Source: Candidatus Oxydemutatoraceae bacterium
Lineage (GTDB): Bacteria; Pseudomonadota; Gammaproteobacteria; Poriferisulfidales; Oxydemutatoraceae
Length of the DNA stretch: 64,000 nucleotides
Direction of reading: 5' to 3'
Assembly (NCBI GenBank): GCA_965218975.1
Contig: OZ244717.1
Coordinates: forward strand, 1,248,001 to 1,312,000
Under the pieces are notes generated by a model. It had not been told where the DNA came from. It ran no database searches and saw only the letters and a list, made by a program, of their open reading frames with translations. The position numbers and the translations under genes were made by a program. Below, one piece after another: positions 49,792-60,836 of this stretch; position 1 is the first letter of the stretch, and every line of letters starts with the position of its first letter.

Positions 49792-52383
49792 ATGCCTCAA
49801 GTTACGGTCAAAAGTCTCGCCAAGGCAATCAAAACGACACCTGAGCAATTGCTTGAGAGATTTTCAGAAGTCGGCTTGACGAAAAAATCTCCGGACGATT
49901 CCGTTAGTGCGGAAGAAAAAATGCAGTTGATTGAATACTTACGCAAAGATGGTAGCGCCAATCGTGTGCAATTAAAAAGAAAGACAGTCTCCAAGTTAAA
50001 ATCCTCTAGTAAATCGGTTCATTCCGGTATTACAGTCGAAGTGCGTAAAAAGCACACCTATATCCGTAAGAAGCCTGATCAAAAAGAGGAGATAACCGCC
50101 GCAAAGGATATGGATGCGGTGCAGAAGCCGGTCAAGGCAAAAGCGGATATGCCTGACGGCAATGTCAAATCGGGCAAGAGCAAACCAAAGCCGGACAAAG
50201 ACAGTGTTCAAGCCGCTAAAAAAGTTGCCAAGACCAAGATAAAATCCGCCTCGAAATCTGAAACGAAAACGCAGACAAAAACTGCAACAGAATTCAAGAG
50301 TAAGCCGCCGTCTGAAAATAAATCCTCGATTGGTTCCGATGTTTCGCTAAGATCGGAAGTAAAAAGTTCCCGGGTTCCCTCAAGTAAAAATTCCGTTCAA
50401 GCAAAAAGTGCTACGCAGGAAACGCAGATGTCTGAGCGCTTGATGCCCGATAACAGATCAGCCGGTCTGAAATATAAACCGACATTTCAAAAAAAGAAAA
50501 GCGAGCGCAAGGAGCTGCATGTAAAGAGTGAGAAACGTGGCAAACGCAAATTTACCAGTAAAAAGACTCTGCTGAAGAAAGTTGTCAAGGTTCCTAAACA
50601 TGAGTTTGAGAAACCGACCGAACCGGTCAAGCGTGAAGTTGTTGTTTTTGACCGCATGACAGTGAAAGATTTGGCACAAGGCATGGCAATCAAGAGCGCT
50701 GAGTTGGTTAAGCAAATGATGACGATGGGAGGAATGAACGCTACGTTAAACCAAACATTTGATCAAGACACTGCGACATTGATTGTCGAGGCATTAGGGC
50801 ATACTCCGCGAATCACTAAACAAGCTAAATTGGAAGAGGACTTTTTGCCGGAAGTTAAAGATGGGATTGATATTCAACCCAGAGCGCCGGTTGTCACGAT
50901 TATGGGGCATGTCGATCACGGTAAAACTTCTTTGCTGGATTACATCCGCAAGTCGCGGGTCGCCGCAGGCGAAGCAGGCAATATTACTCAGCATATCGGC
51001 GCCTATCGAGTCACGACAGATGCGGGTGCCATCACTTTTTTTGATACGCCCGGCCATTCCGCATTTACCGCAATGCGCGCGCGCGGCGCTAAAGTAACTG
51101 ATATCGTTGTGCTGGTTGTTGCCGCCGACGACAGCGTAAAACCTCAAACTGAAGAAGCAATTAAGCATGCGCACTCTGGCGAAGTGCCGGTTATTGTCGC
51201 CATTAATAAAATTGACAAGCCGAATATTGATATTGAAAAAGTAAAGGGAGACCTTGCTCAGCTTGAGGTAGTGCCTGAAGAATGGGGTGGCGACAATATT
51301 TTTGTTGAAGTTTCGGCAAAAACCGGTCAAGGAATTGAGAATTTGCTGGAAGCGATTTTGCTGCAAGCCGAAGTGATGGACCTGAAAGCGGCGGTTGACG
51401 GAATGACAAAAGCAGTGGTGATTGAGTCAGCGCTTGACTATGGGCGCGGTGCAATGATGACCGCGTTAGTGCGCCAGGGCGTTTTGAAAAAAGGCGATAT
51501 ACTGTTGGTCGGAAGTGAATATGGCCGAGTGCGGAGTATGTTGGATGAAAGCGGTAAGGAGATGTTTCAAGCGAGACCGTCTTTTCCTGCATTGATATTT
51601 GGCTTGCCTAACGTTCCTGAAGTGGGTGAAGAAATACTTGCGATCGGAGACGAGCGTAAAGCGAAGAAAATTGCCGACTTGAGGAGATGGAAGACACGAG
51701 AGTCATCCTTTTTAAGGCAGTCGCTTTCGCCGGAGAGTTTTTTAGATAAGTTGCCTAAAGATGAATCGATATCCTTAAAAATCTTAATGAAAGGAGATGT
51801 ACAAGGAAGCGTTGAAGCGCTCAGGAATTCAATTGAAGGATTGTCCGCGGAGAGTATCAGTGTTGAAATTATTACATCGGGAATTGGCGGGGTCACTGAG
51901 TCAGATGTGAGTCTGGCATTAGCATCCGGTGCCATGATTGTTGGGTTTAATGTGCGTGCCGATGCGCGTGCGCGTAAGCTACTGCAAGCAAATAGTCATG
52001 TTATTCTTCGTTATTACAGTATCATTTATGAAGCGATTGACGATATTAAGCAAATAATGTCCGGTATGCTGCAGCCTGAGATTCGCGAGCAAATTATCGG
52101 CATTGCCGCAGTAAAAGATATATTTCGCTCCTCTAAGTTTGGCTTAGTGGCGGGTAGTCAAGTGATAGAGGGATTGATCAAGCGAGGAAATCCGATTCGT
52201 GTATTGCGTGATAATGTTGTTGTTTACGAAGGTGAGCTTGAGTCTCTGCGACGCTTTAAGGATGAGGCGAGTGAAGTATCCAGCGGTAAGGAGTGTGGAA
52301 TTGCAGTAAAAAATTATAATGACGTAAAAGTTGGTGACAGTATTGAAGTGTACGAAAAAATTGAAATTGAACGGAGTCTATGA
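49792..52383 (+). CDS. infB: Translation initiation factor IF-2
   Basis: [29 protein letters not shown]. Confidence 0.98.
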   Translation: MPQVTVKSLAKAIKTTPEQLLERFSEVGLTKKSPDDSVSAEEKMQLIEYLRKDGSANRVQLKRKTVSKLKSSSKSVHSGITVEVRKKHTYIRKKPDQKEEITAAKDMDAVQKPVKAKADMPDGNVKSGKSKPKPDKDSVQAAKKVAKTKIKSASKSETKTQTKTATEFKSKPPSENKSSIGSDVSLRSEVKSSRVPSSKNSVQAKSATQETQMSERLMPDNRSAGLKYKPTFQKKKSERKELHVKSEKRGKRKFTSKKTLLKKVVKVPKHEFEKPTEPVKREVVVFDRMTVKDLAQGMAIKSAELVKQMMTMGGMNATLNQTFDQDTATLIVEALGHTPRITKQAKLEEDFLPEVKDGIDIQPRAPVVTIMGHVDHGKTSLLDYIRKSRVAAGEAGNITQHIGAYRVTTDAGAITFFDTPGHSAFTAMRARGAKVTDIVVLVVAADDSVKPQTEEAIKHAHSGEVPVIVAINKIDKPNIDIEKVKGDLAQLEVVPEEWGGDNIFVEVSAKTGQGIENLLEAILLQAEVMDLKAAVDGMTKAVVIESALDYGRGAMMTALVRQGVLKKGDILLVGSEYGRVRSMLDESGKEMFQARPSFPALIFGLPNVPEVGEEILAIGDERKAKKIADLRRWKTRESSFLRQSLSPESFLDKLPKDESISLKILMKGDVQGSVEALRNSIEGLSAESISVEIITSGIGGVTESDVSLALASGAMIVGFNVRADARARKLLQANSHVILRYYSIIYEAIDDIKQIMSGMLQPEIREQIIGIAAVKDIFRSSKFGLVAGSQVIEGLIKRGNPIRVLRDNVVVYEGELESLRRFKDEASEVSSGKECGIAVKNYNDVKVGDSIEVYEKIEIERSL

Positions 52384-52754
52384 AGATGTTTAACGGATAT
52401 GACAGATCGTTGCGAGTTGCTGCATTACTCAGAAGAGAGTTAAGTGATTTACTAAGGAGCAAAGTTAAAGATCCGCGAACTAGTCAGGTAACTATTATTG
52501 ATGTTAGAAGCACACGTAGTTTATCGCAAGCAAAAGTGTATATTCGTGCTCCGGAATTAGTTGATCGCAAGCAGGTTATGGCCGGTTTGACGCGAAGTGC
52601 CGGTTTTTTGCGCAAGCAATTGGGTCTAAGACTTAAAATGCGTTGTATTCCGGAGTTGAAATTTATATTTGATGAAACTTTGGAACAAAGTGAGCGCATT
52701 AATCAGTTGATTGCATCCGATGCGCTTGAGTCCGTTCATCGCACCGGAAAGTGA
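52380..52754 (+). CDS. rbfA: Ribosome-binding factor A
   Basis: KDPR, AKVY, AGFLR, PEL.F.FD; follows infB. Confidence 0.95.
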   Translation: MKMFNGYDRSLRVAALLRRELSDLLRSKVKDPRTSQVTIIDVRSTRSLSQAKVYIRAPELVDRKQVMAGLTRSAGFLRKQLGLRLKMRCIPELKFIFDETLEQSERINQLIASDALESVHRTGK

Positions 52755-52987
52755 TTGATTTTGAGTAGCCGCCACTCGCACATAGTACTAAATATTAGGT
52801 AGGTATTTCTCAATAGAGGGCATGGGTAACGTATGCTCCGATGCGGTTATTCACACAATGAGGAATGATAGCGGAGAGCGACGGGTGATGATCAAAAGGG
52901 CAGTAGCGAATTTCCTTTGGAAAATCAAATATGCGGCGGTATAGCGCGGTTTATCCTGTTCCTCTATTTAATATGCTATGATGCTAA

Positions 52988-53334
52988 AGAGCCGACCAAA
53001 CGGTTGCCGCTTAACTGCGGAGGAAAGTCCGGGCTCCACAGGGCAGGGTGCCAGGTAATACCTGGAAGATGTGAATCTATGGAGAGTGCCACAGAAAAAA
53101 AACCGCCTGCTTTTTTACAGGTAAGGGTGAAAAGGTGCGGTAAGAGCGCACCGCTTTGATGGCAACATCATCGGCAGGGTAAACCCCACCCGGAGCAAGA
53201 CCAAGTAAGAAGATTTCTGCCAAGACTGCATGCCCGTGCAGACATATCTTCGGGTAGGTCGCTTGAGACGCACGGCGACGTGTGTTCCAGATGGATAACC
53301 GTTCTCGACAGAACCCGGCTTATCGGTCGGCTCT
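52988..53334 (+). ncRNA. rnpB: RNase P RNA (class A)
   Basis: GAGGAAAGTCCGGGCTCC, AGTGCCACAG, GGTAAACCCC, ACAGAACCCGGCTTA; P1 AGAGCCGACC/GGTCGGCTCT. Confidence 0.97.
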
Positions 53335-53396
53335 CATTCCCTAACTAACTGATACATAAAGGATTTCATTCCAACAGCCGTTATTAATTCTTTATA

Positions 53397-53410
53397 GTGG
53401 TGTAAAGTGG
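53397..53410 (+). promoter_or_regulatory. Probable MraZ-binding direct repeats
   Basis: GTGG-N6-GTGG upstream of mraZ. Confidence 0.5.
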
Positions 53411-53469
53411 CATTTTTTGTATAAAAAGGATACAATAATGTAATATAAGTGACATGAAATAAACGTGAA

Positions 53470-53940
53470 ATGTCCGAGCAACCGATTTTCAAAGGTGTCA
53501 GTCAAGTGACGATTGACATAAAAGGCCGTATGGCAATGCCGTCGAAATATCGTCAGCTTCTGCAGAATTACTGCAAAGGAAAGTTGGTGATCACCGCTGA
53601 TCGCGATGAGTGTTTATTAATTTATCCTCAGCTGGTTTGGTTAGATAATGTGGAACCGGAATTAATCCGTCTGCCCGGTTTTAACAAACAAGCTCGATTC
53701 GTTCAACGGATTACTTTAGGACATGCAACCGAATGCGAAATGAATTCGCAAGGTCGCATCCTGCTACCTCTTCCACTACGAGAATTTGCCCATCTGAGTA
53801 AGCAAGCCATGCTGATGGGACAAGGAAGTAAATTTGAGTTATGGGACTATGAGCGTTGGAATCGCCAACGCGATCTTTGGTTAAAAGAAGAAAGTGACAC
53901 AAAGGATGTGCACGAGGTCTTAGAGAACATCCGTTTCTGA
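53470..53940 (+). CDS. mraZ: Transcriptional regulator MraZ
   Basis: D.KGR..P and QGRI..P repeats; heads dcw cluster. Confidence 0.96.
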   Translation: MSEQPIFKGVSQVTIDIKGRMAMPSKYRQLLQNYCKGKLVITADRDECLLIYPQLVWLDNVEPELIRLPGFNKQARFVQRITLGHATECEMNSQGRILLPLPLREFAHLSKQAMLMGQGSKFELWDYERWNRQRDLWLKEESDTKDVHEVLENIRF

Positions 53941-53941
53941 G

Positions 53942-54925
53942 TTGAGTAGCCACTCTCATGCTGGGGAATTGACAAAACATGGACATCAGCCTGTTTTGCT
54001 TGCTTCGGCAATACGTGCATTACAGATTGATCCGCACGGGTTTTATATTGATGCGACTTATGGCCGGGGTGGTCACAGCAGGGAAATCCTATGTCGACTC
54101 GCTGCCGACGGGCGTCTGCTCGCTTTTGATAAAGACCCTGAAGCGTACCATCATGCCCGTTCGGAATTTGGCGCGGATGCGCGATTTGAAATCCGGCAAG
54201 GCTCATTCACTGGTATCCGGCAGATTAAGGATGAGGGCGGCATGAATCAGATTGCGGGTATATTGTTTGATTTGGGCGTTTCGTCACCGCAGCTGGAAGA
54301 TCCCGATCGTGGATTCAGCTTTCAGAATGAAGGGCCACTTGATATGCGAATGGATCCTGAAACTGGGGTTAGTGCATTGGAGTGGCTGAATAATGCTACA
54401 GTATCTGAAATAAAAACGGTACTTAAAACGTATGGCGAAGAGCGCAACGCCGCAAAGATTGCCAAGGCAATTAAAAGTAGCCCCACTCTCTACACTACTT
54501 TAGACTTAGCAAGCTTGGTCGCGGCTGTATCAAGCAAATTCACCCCTCTCAGTAAAAATCCGGCCACTCGCACTTTTTTAGCGCTCCGGTTATATCTCAA
54601 TCGCGAACTCGAGGACCTGCGTGAGGCGCTATCCGAAGTGCCGGATTTGTTACGTATAGGCGGTAGACTCGTGACGATTAGCTTTCACTCGCTTGAAGAT
54701 CGTATTATCAAACGGTTCGTCCGACGGTTTTCAAACCCGAAACGCGCGCCGGCGAAGTTGCCGATTGCCGACGATTACTCCCAAGTTTGTTTGAAGAAGA
54801 TTGGTCGTCCGATTACTCCCGACATGCATGAGATATCGCAAAACCATCGTGCGCGTAGCGCTCGATTGCGAATCGCCGAGAAGATTGCGAAGGACGTTAA
54901 TGAGGATCGTTTGAAAAATGAATAA
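53942..54925 (+). CDS. rsmH: 16S rRNA C1402 N4-methyltransferase
   Basis: H.PVL, DATYGRGGHS, DLGVSSPQL, LDMRM, ISFHSLEDR. Confidence 0.97.
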   Translation: MSSHSHAGELTKHGHQPVLLASAIRALQIDPHGFYIDATYGRGGHSREILCRLAADGRLLAFDKDPEAYHHARSEFGADARFEIRQGSFTGIRQIKDEGGMNQIAGILFDLGVSSPQLEDPDRGFSFQNEGPLDMRMDPETGVSALEWLNNATVSEIKTVLKTYGEERNAAKIAKAIKSSPTLYTTLDLASLVAAVSSKFTPLSKNPATRTFLALRLYLNRELEDLREALSEVPDLLRIGGRLVTISFHSLEDRIIKRFVRRFSNPKRAPAKLPIADDYSQVCLKKIGRPITPDMHEISQNHRARSARLRIAEKIAKDVNEDRLKNE

Positions 54926-55193
54926 ACAAGCGGTTGGTATCGCTGTTTTGGCAATCTTGGTTGTTGTATCAGCTTTTATAACAGTGGGTGTCAAACATTT
55001 GAATCGGATGCATTTTATGGAAATCCAATCGTTATTAGATGAAAGAGATGAATTACGTATCGAATGGGAGTGGTTGCAATTAGGTGTAGATTCTTTCGGC
55101 ACATTGAGCCGGGTTGAAAACTTTGCCGAAAAAAACTTGAACATGGTAGTTCCTACGCACGATCAAGTTATAAGTGTGGTGATTTATGAATAG
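54918..55193 (+). CDS. ftsL: Cell division protein FtsL
   Basis: Single TM plus coiled coil; between rsmH and ftsI. Confidence 0.9.
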   Translation: MNKQAVGIAVLAILVVVSAFITVGVKHLNRMHFMEIQSLLDERDELRIEWEWLQLGVDSFGTLSRVENFAEKNLNMVVPTHDQVISVVIYE

Positions 55194-56922
55194 GAACGCA
55201 GAAGTTATTACAAGCTCCAATCGGCATTTTTTGGTGCTACTATTTTTTGCTTTGATTGCGCTGGGATTGCTTGCGCGGGCGGTTTACTTGCAACATCATT
55301 TGCAAGAGTATCTGTTGGAAGCCGGCAAAAAATTCCAGCATAGAGAAGTACTGATTCCCTCACACCGTGGTGCTATCACCGACCGCAACAACGAATTACT
55401 TGCGATCAGTATACCGGTTTATGCTGTATGGATAGATCCGAGCAGTTTTGATTATACCGATGTGTCAATCATCCGGATTGCCGAGTTGCTATCCTTAGAC
55501 TCGGCGCGGTTGCAAGAGAAGCTTGAACAAAAAAGGGATAAGCAATTTATTTATGTCAAACGTCAGGTGATGCAGGAAGATGCTTCCGCTCTGCAAAGTT
55601 TAAATATTCAGGGAGTTCACTTCAAACGCGAACATCGCCGCTATTATCCGATGGGCGAATCAACTGCTCATTTGCTGGGAGTTACCGACATTGATGACAT
55701 TGGGATTGAAGGAATCGAGAAAGCGTTTGATCGGTATTTGCGTGGAGAACCCGGCAAGAAATACATTGAGCAGGACCGTTACGGCAGACCGGTTAAAGAT
55801 ATTGGGTTGATTATTCCGCCGCAACCGGGCAAAAAACTAGTTTTAAGTATTGACTACCGCATTCAATATCGCGCTTATAAAGCTCTGAAAATGGCGGTAC
55901 ACAAACACCGTGCGAATTGGGGTTCTTTAGTTGTGCTTGATGTGCGTAGCGGTGAAATATTAGCGATGGTTAATCAGCCGTCTTTTAACCCCAATGATCG
56001 GAGCAATTTCTTTGCCGAGGCTAGACGTAATCGAGCAGTCACGGATGTTTTTGAACCTGGTTCCACGATTAAACCGTTGATTCTCGCTGCATTGCTTCAG
56101 CGTGGTTTGGTCACCTTGGATACTAAAGTGAATGTTTCATCCGGGGTTTATGTTGTTGCAGGCAACACAATTAAAGACATGCGCGACTATGGTGAGTTAA
56201 GCGCGGCAGATGTCTTGATTAAATCAAGCAATGTAGGTATTAGCAAATTATCGGCGCGATTATTGCCTGAGGAGATGTGGCAGTTTTTTGCTTCCGTAGG
56301 TTTTGGTCAAATACCAGGGACAGGATTTCCCGGTGAAGCCGGAGGCACGTTAATTAATCATACGCAATGGCATGGCAGTGACCAAGCAATGATGTCGTTC
56401 GGTTATGGACTTTCAGTGTCACCCCTTCAATTGGCATATGCTTATACTGCAATTGCAAATAACGGCCGGCAACCGGGATTAACTTTATATAAAAGAAAAA
56501 ACAATCATTCTAGCGGCAAACAAATCTTGTCACAAAAAGTTGCGACCGATTTACATAGGGTAATGCAGAGAATCGTCAGTTCGCGCGGCACCGCTGCTAA
56601 AGCGAAAGTAATAGGTTTCTCCACGGCCGGAAAAACAGGCACTGTGCGTAAATATGTCTCCGGTCGATATACGCAAGACGATTATCTGTCGGTTTTCTCC
56701 GGCTTTGTTCCGGCGAATGATCCGCGATTGGTTATCGCTGTTTTAATCGATAATCCCGTCGCTAATTTTTACGGTGGTGAAGTTGCCGCGCCTGTGTTTG
56801 CGCAGGTTGCCGACAGCGCTTTGCGCATTCTTGGAGTTCCTGACGATGAGATTGATTTTCATGAACCTAATGAAAATGGCCGTTACATTATCAGTGATAA
56901 GAGTTTGGTCGGTAAATCATGA
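55186..56922 (+). CDS. ftsI: Peptidoglycan D,D-transpeptidase FtsI (PBP3)
   Basis: RG.I.DRN, R.YP.G, STIK, SSN, KTGT. Confidence 0.96.
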   Translation: MNRNAEVITSSNRHFLVLLFFALIALGLLARAVYLQHHLQEYLLEAGKKFQHREVLIPSHRGAITDRNNELLAISIPVYAVWIDPSSFDYTDVSIIRIAELLSLDSARLQEKLEQKRDKQFIYVKRQVMQEDASALQSLNIQGVHFKREHRRYYPMGESTAHLLGVTDIDDIGIEGIEKAFDRYLRGEPGKKYIEQDRYGRPVKDIGLIIPPQPGKKLVLSIDYRIQYRAYKALKMAVHKHRANWGSLVVLDVRSGEILAMVNQPSFNPNDRSNFFAEARRNRAVTDVFEPGSTIKPLILAALLQRGLVTLDTKVNVSSGVYVVAGNTIKDMRDYGELSAADVLIKSSNVGISKLSARLLPEEMWQFFASVGFGQIPGTGFPGEAGGTLINHTQWHGSDQAMMSFGYGLSVSPLQLAYAYTAIANNGRQPGLTLYKRKNNHSSGKQILSQKVATDLHRVMQRIVSSRGTAAKAKVIGFSTAGKTGTVRKYVSGRYTQDDYLSVFSGFVPANDPRLVIAVLIDNPVANFYGGEVAAPVFAQVADSALRILGVPDDEIDFHEPNENGRYIISDKSLVGKS

Positions 56923-58397
56923 TGCATCCATTAACTAACTTATTGGATGGGTTGGCCGAGTCAAACGAGCTTCTACAACCAATCGGGGTCAATAGTCTTG
57001 TTTGCCACAGTGATGCGGTGCAAGAAGGTAGTCTTTATCTGGCGATGTCCGGACATCGGGCGCATGGTTTAGATTTTCTTGAAACAGCGCTTGCGCGCGG
57101 TGCTTGTGCGGTTGCATGGGAACCCGATGAACGTTATATGACTTTAGATTGTTTGATTCCATCAGTATGTGTTCCTGATTTACATCGTAAAGCAGGGATT
57201 ATTGCCGATCGTTTCTTTGATCATCCGTCCGCCGAATTGCATGTAGTGGCGGTTACCGGCACGAACGGTAAAACTTCTACGGCGCATTTTATCAGTGAGG
57301 CATTAAGTCAAACTTATTCCGGTTGTGGTTTGATCGGCACTTTAGGCAACGGTGTATTTGGCAAGCTTAAGAAAACTGTCAATACGACACCGGATGCATT
57401 ATCACTGCATCAACAAATGTGGGATTTGCGCGACAAAAACATTCGCCATGTCGTATTGGAAGCATCATCTCATGGTTTGGTTCAGGGTAGGCTTGCCGGA
57501 GTCCGGATAGATACTGCCGTGTTTACTTTGCTCGGACACGATCACTTTGATTACCACGGTTCAAAAGAGAAATATAAGGCGGCAAAAAAGTTGCTGTTTA
57601 AAACTTCAAGCTTGCAACATGCAATTATCAACATGGACGATATTTTTGGTAGAGAACTGATTGAGTTTTGTCGTCATCAATGTGAGCTCGTTACTTATTC
57701 CGCGGAAGGTCGGAGCGCCGATATTTGCGCTCATAATATTGAGGTTAATCGTTATGGTTTGCATTTTGAATTACAGTATGGTGATTTTAATGCGACGATA
57801 GAAAACGGTTTAATCGGACGATTCAATATAACCAATTTACTTGCGGCTTTTGGTGTTTTGTTGGTGCAAGGAGTTGGTGCAAAGTCGGCCGCTTCACTTC
57901 TGAGCAAGGTGCAGACAATCAAAGGCAGGATGCAATCCTTCATCGCAAAATCACCCATGCCGTTAGTGATTTTAGATTATGCCCATACTCCGGATGCGCT
58001 TGAAAGCGCGCTGCAAACTTGCGCGGAAATCACGCGCGGGGATTTACATTGTGTCTTTGGTTGCGGTGGAAATCGTGATCAAGGAAAACGAGAACTAATG
58101 GGAGAGGTCGCATCACGACTCGCGCATTATGTAGTAATCACCGACGACAATCCGCGCGATGAAGCAGCGGAAAAAATTGTTGCGGATATTGTGCGAGGGA
58201 TGGATAAGCATTCCGATAAGCTTGTTGTAATCCATGATCGCCGTGAGGCGATACAATCTGCGATCTTTCAAGCACAGCGCGATGATTGTGTTTTGGTTGC
58301 AGGTAAGGGGCATGAGACTGAGCAGATTGTGCGGGGGCAGTCATTGCCGATGGATGATAACCGCATTATTACTGAAATACTAGCAGAGATTCGCTGA
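56919..58397 (+). CDS. murE: UDP-MurNAc-tripeptide synthetase (mDAP type)
   Basis: TGTNGKTS, EASSH, DYAHTPD, DNPR, AGKGHE. Confidence 0.96.
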   Translation: MMHPLTNLLDGLAESNELLQPIGVNSLVCHSDAVQEGSLYLAMSGHRAHGLDFLETALARGACAVAWEPDERYMTLDCLIPSVCVPDLHRKAGIIADRFFDHPSAELHVVAVTGTNGKTSTAHFISEALSQTYSGCGLIGTLGNGVFGKLKKTVNTTPDALSLHQQMWDLRDKNIRHVVLEASSHGLVQGRLAGVRIDTAVFTLLGHDHFDYHGSKEKYKAAKKLLFKTSSLQHAIINMDDIFGRELIEFCRHQCELVTYSAEGRSADICAHNIEVNRYGLHFELQYGDFNATIENGLIGRFNITNLLAAFGVLLVQGVGAKSAASLLSKVQTIKGRMQSFIAKSPMPLVILDYAHTPDALESALQTCAEITRGDLHCVFGCGGNRDQGKRELMGEVASRLAHYVVITDDNPRDEAAEKIVADIVRGMDKHSDKLVVIHDRREAIQSAIFQAQRDDCVLVAGKGHETEQIVRGQSLPMDDNRIITEILAEIR

Positions 58398-59737
58398 TGG
58401 CGTGGTTAGATTTGAATGATATTAGCCGAATGGTCGGTGGCGTTTTGCTGGGAGAGAATATGGCGGTTGACGGTGTCGCAATTGACACTAGGGCGATTCT
58501 TCCGAATCAGTTATTTATTGCATTGAAAGGTAAAAACTATGACGGACATGATTTTGCCGCCGACAGTATCGTGGCTGGCGCAGCGGCAGTGATGACAACT
58601 CGACGATTATCTGTTGCCGCACCGCAGATCATTATTCATAACACATTATACGCACTACAAAAACTTGCCGCCGCTTGGCGCTTACGTTTGAGACCAATCG
58701 TTATTGCATTAACCGGCAGTAACGGGAAAACGACCACCAAAGAGATGATTGTTTCCATTTTAAGAGCTTGTAAGAATGTTCATGCGACACGAGGTAATTT
58801 GAATAACCATATTGGTGTGCCGCTGAGTTTACTCGGATTACGTCATGAGCATGAAGTGGCTGTGATTGAACTGGGAGCGAATCATTCGGGTGAGATTCGC
58901 CGGCTTGCGCAATTAGTACAAGCTGATATCGGGCTGATTACTAATGCCGCTGTTGCGCATTTGGAAGGTTTTGGTAGTGTTGAAGGTGTTGCACGCGCCA
59001 AAGGTGAGTTATTTGAGGAACTCGCTACTGCTGCTATTGCCGTGATGAATGCTGACGACGTTTATTATAACTATTGGCGCGGTTTATTAAGCTGCCAACG
59101 ATGCATCCGTTTTGGAATGAAAGAAAATATTGAAATACAGGGAGTTAGCGACGGGCATCAGAACTCAATCGGAATTGACGGGAAATTTTATCCTGTTCGG
59201 CTGCAAATGATCGGTCGGCATAACTTTCAAAATGCGTTAGCAGCTGCAGCTGTCGCAAAAGCGATAGGCATTGCACCACAAACTATCGTTCAAGGTTTAG
59301 CAGATGTTTCTCCGGTAGCAGGGCGTATGAATCAACGCGAAGGCATTCGGGGATCATGTTTATGGGACGATACTTATAATGCAAATCCCTCTTCATTGAT
59401 TGCGGCGCTGGATGTTTTGCATGATACGCCTGGCAAGAAGTGGTTAGTGCTGGGCAATATGGCTGAGCTGGGTGAGACTGCAAAGCAATGGCATGCCGAT
59501 GCCGGGAAGATTGCTAAAGAAAAAGGAGTTGATTATTTGTTTACTGTCGGCGATCTTGCCGCATCCGCAACTACGGCATTCGGTACGAATGCCGAACATT
59601 TTCTTGATGTTGAAACTTTGACTCGGCATCTTGTCATGTCAATTGATCATCGTACTACGTTACTGATAAAAGGATCGCGCAGTGCCGAAATGGAAAAAGT
59701 CGTGGATGCATTGGCGGTATCGGAAACTGAGCCATAG
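58397..59737 (+). CDS. murF: UDP-MurNAc-pentapeptide synthetase
   Basis: TGSNGKTTTK, NNHIGVP, DTYNANP, KGSR. Confidence 0.96.
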   Translation: MAWLDLNDISRMVGGVLLGENMAVDGVAIDTRAILPNQLFIALKGKNYDGHDFAADSIVAGAAAVMTTRRLSVAAPQIIIHNTLYALQKLAAAWRLRLRPIVIALTGSNGKTTTKEMIVSILRACKNVHATRGNLNNHIGVPLSLLGLRHEHEVAVIELGANHSGEIRRLAQLVQADIGLITNAAVAHLEGFGSVEGVARAKGELFEELATAAIAVMNADDVYYNYWRGLLSCQRCIRFGMKENIEIQGVSDGHQNSIGIDGKFYPVRLQMIGRHNFQNALAAAAVAKAIGIAPQTIVQGLADVSPVAGRMNQREGIRGSCLWDDTYNANPSSLIAALDVLHDTPGKKWLVLGNMAELGETAKQWHADAGKIAKEKGVDYLFTVGDLAASATTAFGTNAEHFLDVETLTRHLVMSIDHRTTLLIKGSRSAEMEKVVDALAVSETEP

Positions 59738-59748
59738 AGAAGTGATAC

Positions 59749-60831
59749 ATGCTTAAAGAATTTACCGAATACCTGACACAATATTACAGTGGTTTTAATG
59801 TATTTCAGTACATTACTTTACGTAGCATGCTAAGTACGCTAACGGCGTTACTCATTAGTTTCATATTCGGCAATAAATTAATTGTCATTTTGGAAAAAAT
59901 ACGCGCAAAACAGCCAGTGCGCGAAGACGGACCCCGCACTCATTTTTCTAAGCGAGGAACCCCGGTCGGAGGCGGAGTATTAATTTTAATCTCAATTGTG
60001 TTGAGCACGATCATCTGGGGAGATTTGACCAACCGATATGTGCTCATAATTTTGTTTATAACGCTTTTATTCGGTTTGATTGGCGGCATTGACGACTTGA
60101 TCAAGTTACGTTACAAAAATAGTTCCGGTTTGACTATGCGCCAAAAGATATTTTGGCAAATTCTAGTCACTTCAATTGTAGTGTATTTCCTATATGTCAA
60201 TTCAATTTTGCCGGTTGAGACTAGTTTGGTCGTACCGTTCGTTAAAGATTTTTCTATCAATTTAGGCGTATGGTTTGTCCCATTTGCGGTCCTTACGATT
60301 ATTGCGACAAGTAATGCCGTTAACTTAACCGATGGTCTGGATGGTCTCGCCATTATGCCGGCAGTGCTAGTCACAAGTGCGTTAGGCATTTTTGCGTACG
60401 CGAGCGGACACATTAATTTTTCTAGCTATCTCGGTATTCCTCATTTACCTTTATCCAGTGAGTTGGTGGTTTATTGCGGGGCAGTTGCCGGAGCAGGTCT
60501 AGGCTTTTTATGGTTCAACACTTATCCCGCACAAGTTTTTATGGGAGATGCCGGAGCGCTTGCTTTGGGCGCTGCAATCGGCATGCTCGCAGTTTTGGTA
60601 CGTCAGGAAGTTGTGCTCATTATTATGGGAGGATTATTTGTGATCGAAGCATTATCAGTTATCATTCAGGTTTTTTCTTATCGTCTGACGGGACGCCGCG
60701 TATTTCGGATGGCGCCCATCCATCATCATTTTGAGTTACGCGGATGGGCGGAGCCCAAGATTGTTATCCGCTTTTGGATTATTACATTGATTTTAGTGTT
60801 GATCGGTCTGACAACACTCAAGATTCGGTAA
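59749..60831 (+). CDS. mraY: Phospho-MurNAc-pentapeptide transferase
   Basis: [27 protein letters not shown]. Confidence 0.97.
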   Translation: MLKEFTEYLTQYYSGFNVFQYITLRSMLSTLTALLISFIFGNKLIVILEKIRAKQPVREDGPRTHFSKRGTPVGGGVLILISIVLSTIIWGDLTNRYVLIILFITLLFGLIGGIDDLIKLRYKNSSGLTMRQKIFWQILVTSIVVYFLYVNSILPVETSLVVPFVKDFSINLGVWFVPFAVLTIIATSNAVNLTDGLDGLAIMPAVLVTSALGIFAYASGHINFSSYLGIPHLPLSSELVVYCGAVAGAGLGFLWFNTYPAQVFMGDAGALALGAAIGMLAVLVRQEVVLIIMGGLFVIEALSVIIQVFSYRLTGRRVFRMAPIHHHFELRGWAEPKIVIRFWIITLILVLIGLTTLKIR

Positions 60832-60836
60832 AACAA

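Noticed and set aside
50050-50480. Lys/Ser-rich low-complexity stretch in IF-2
   Set aside because: Variable N-terminal linkers are normal for IF-2.
52847-52855. DnaA-box-like TTATTCACA
   Set aside because: Single box with no cluster or oriC gene context.
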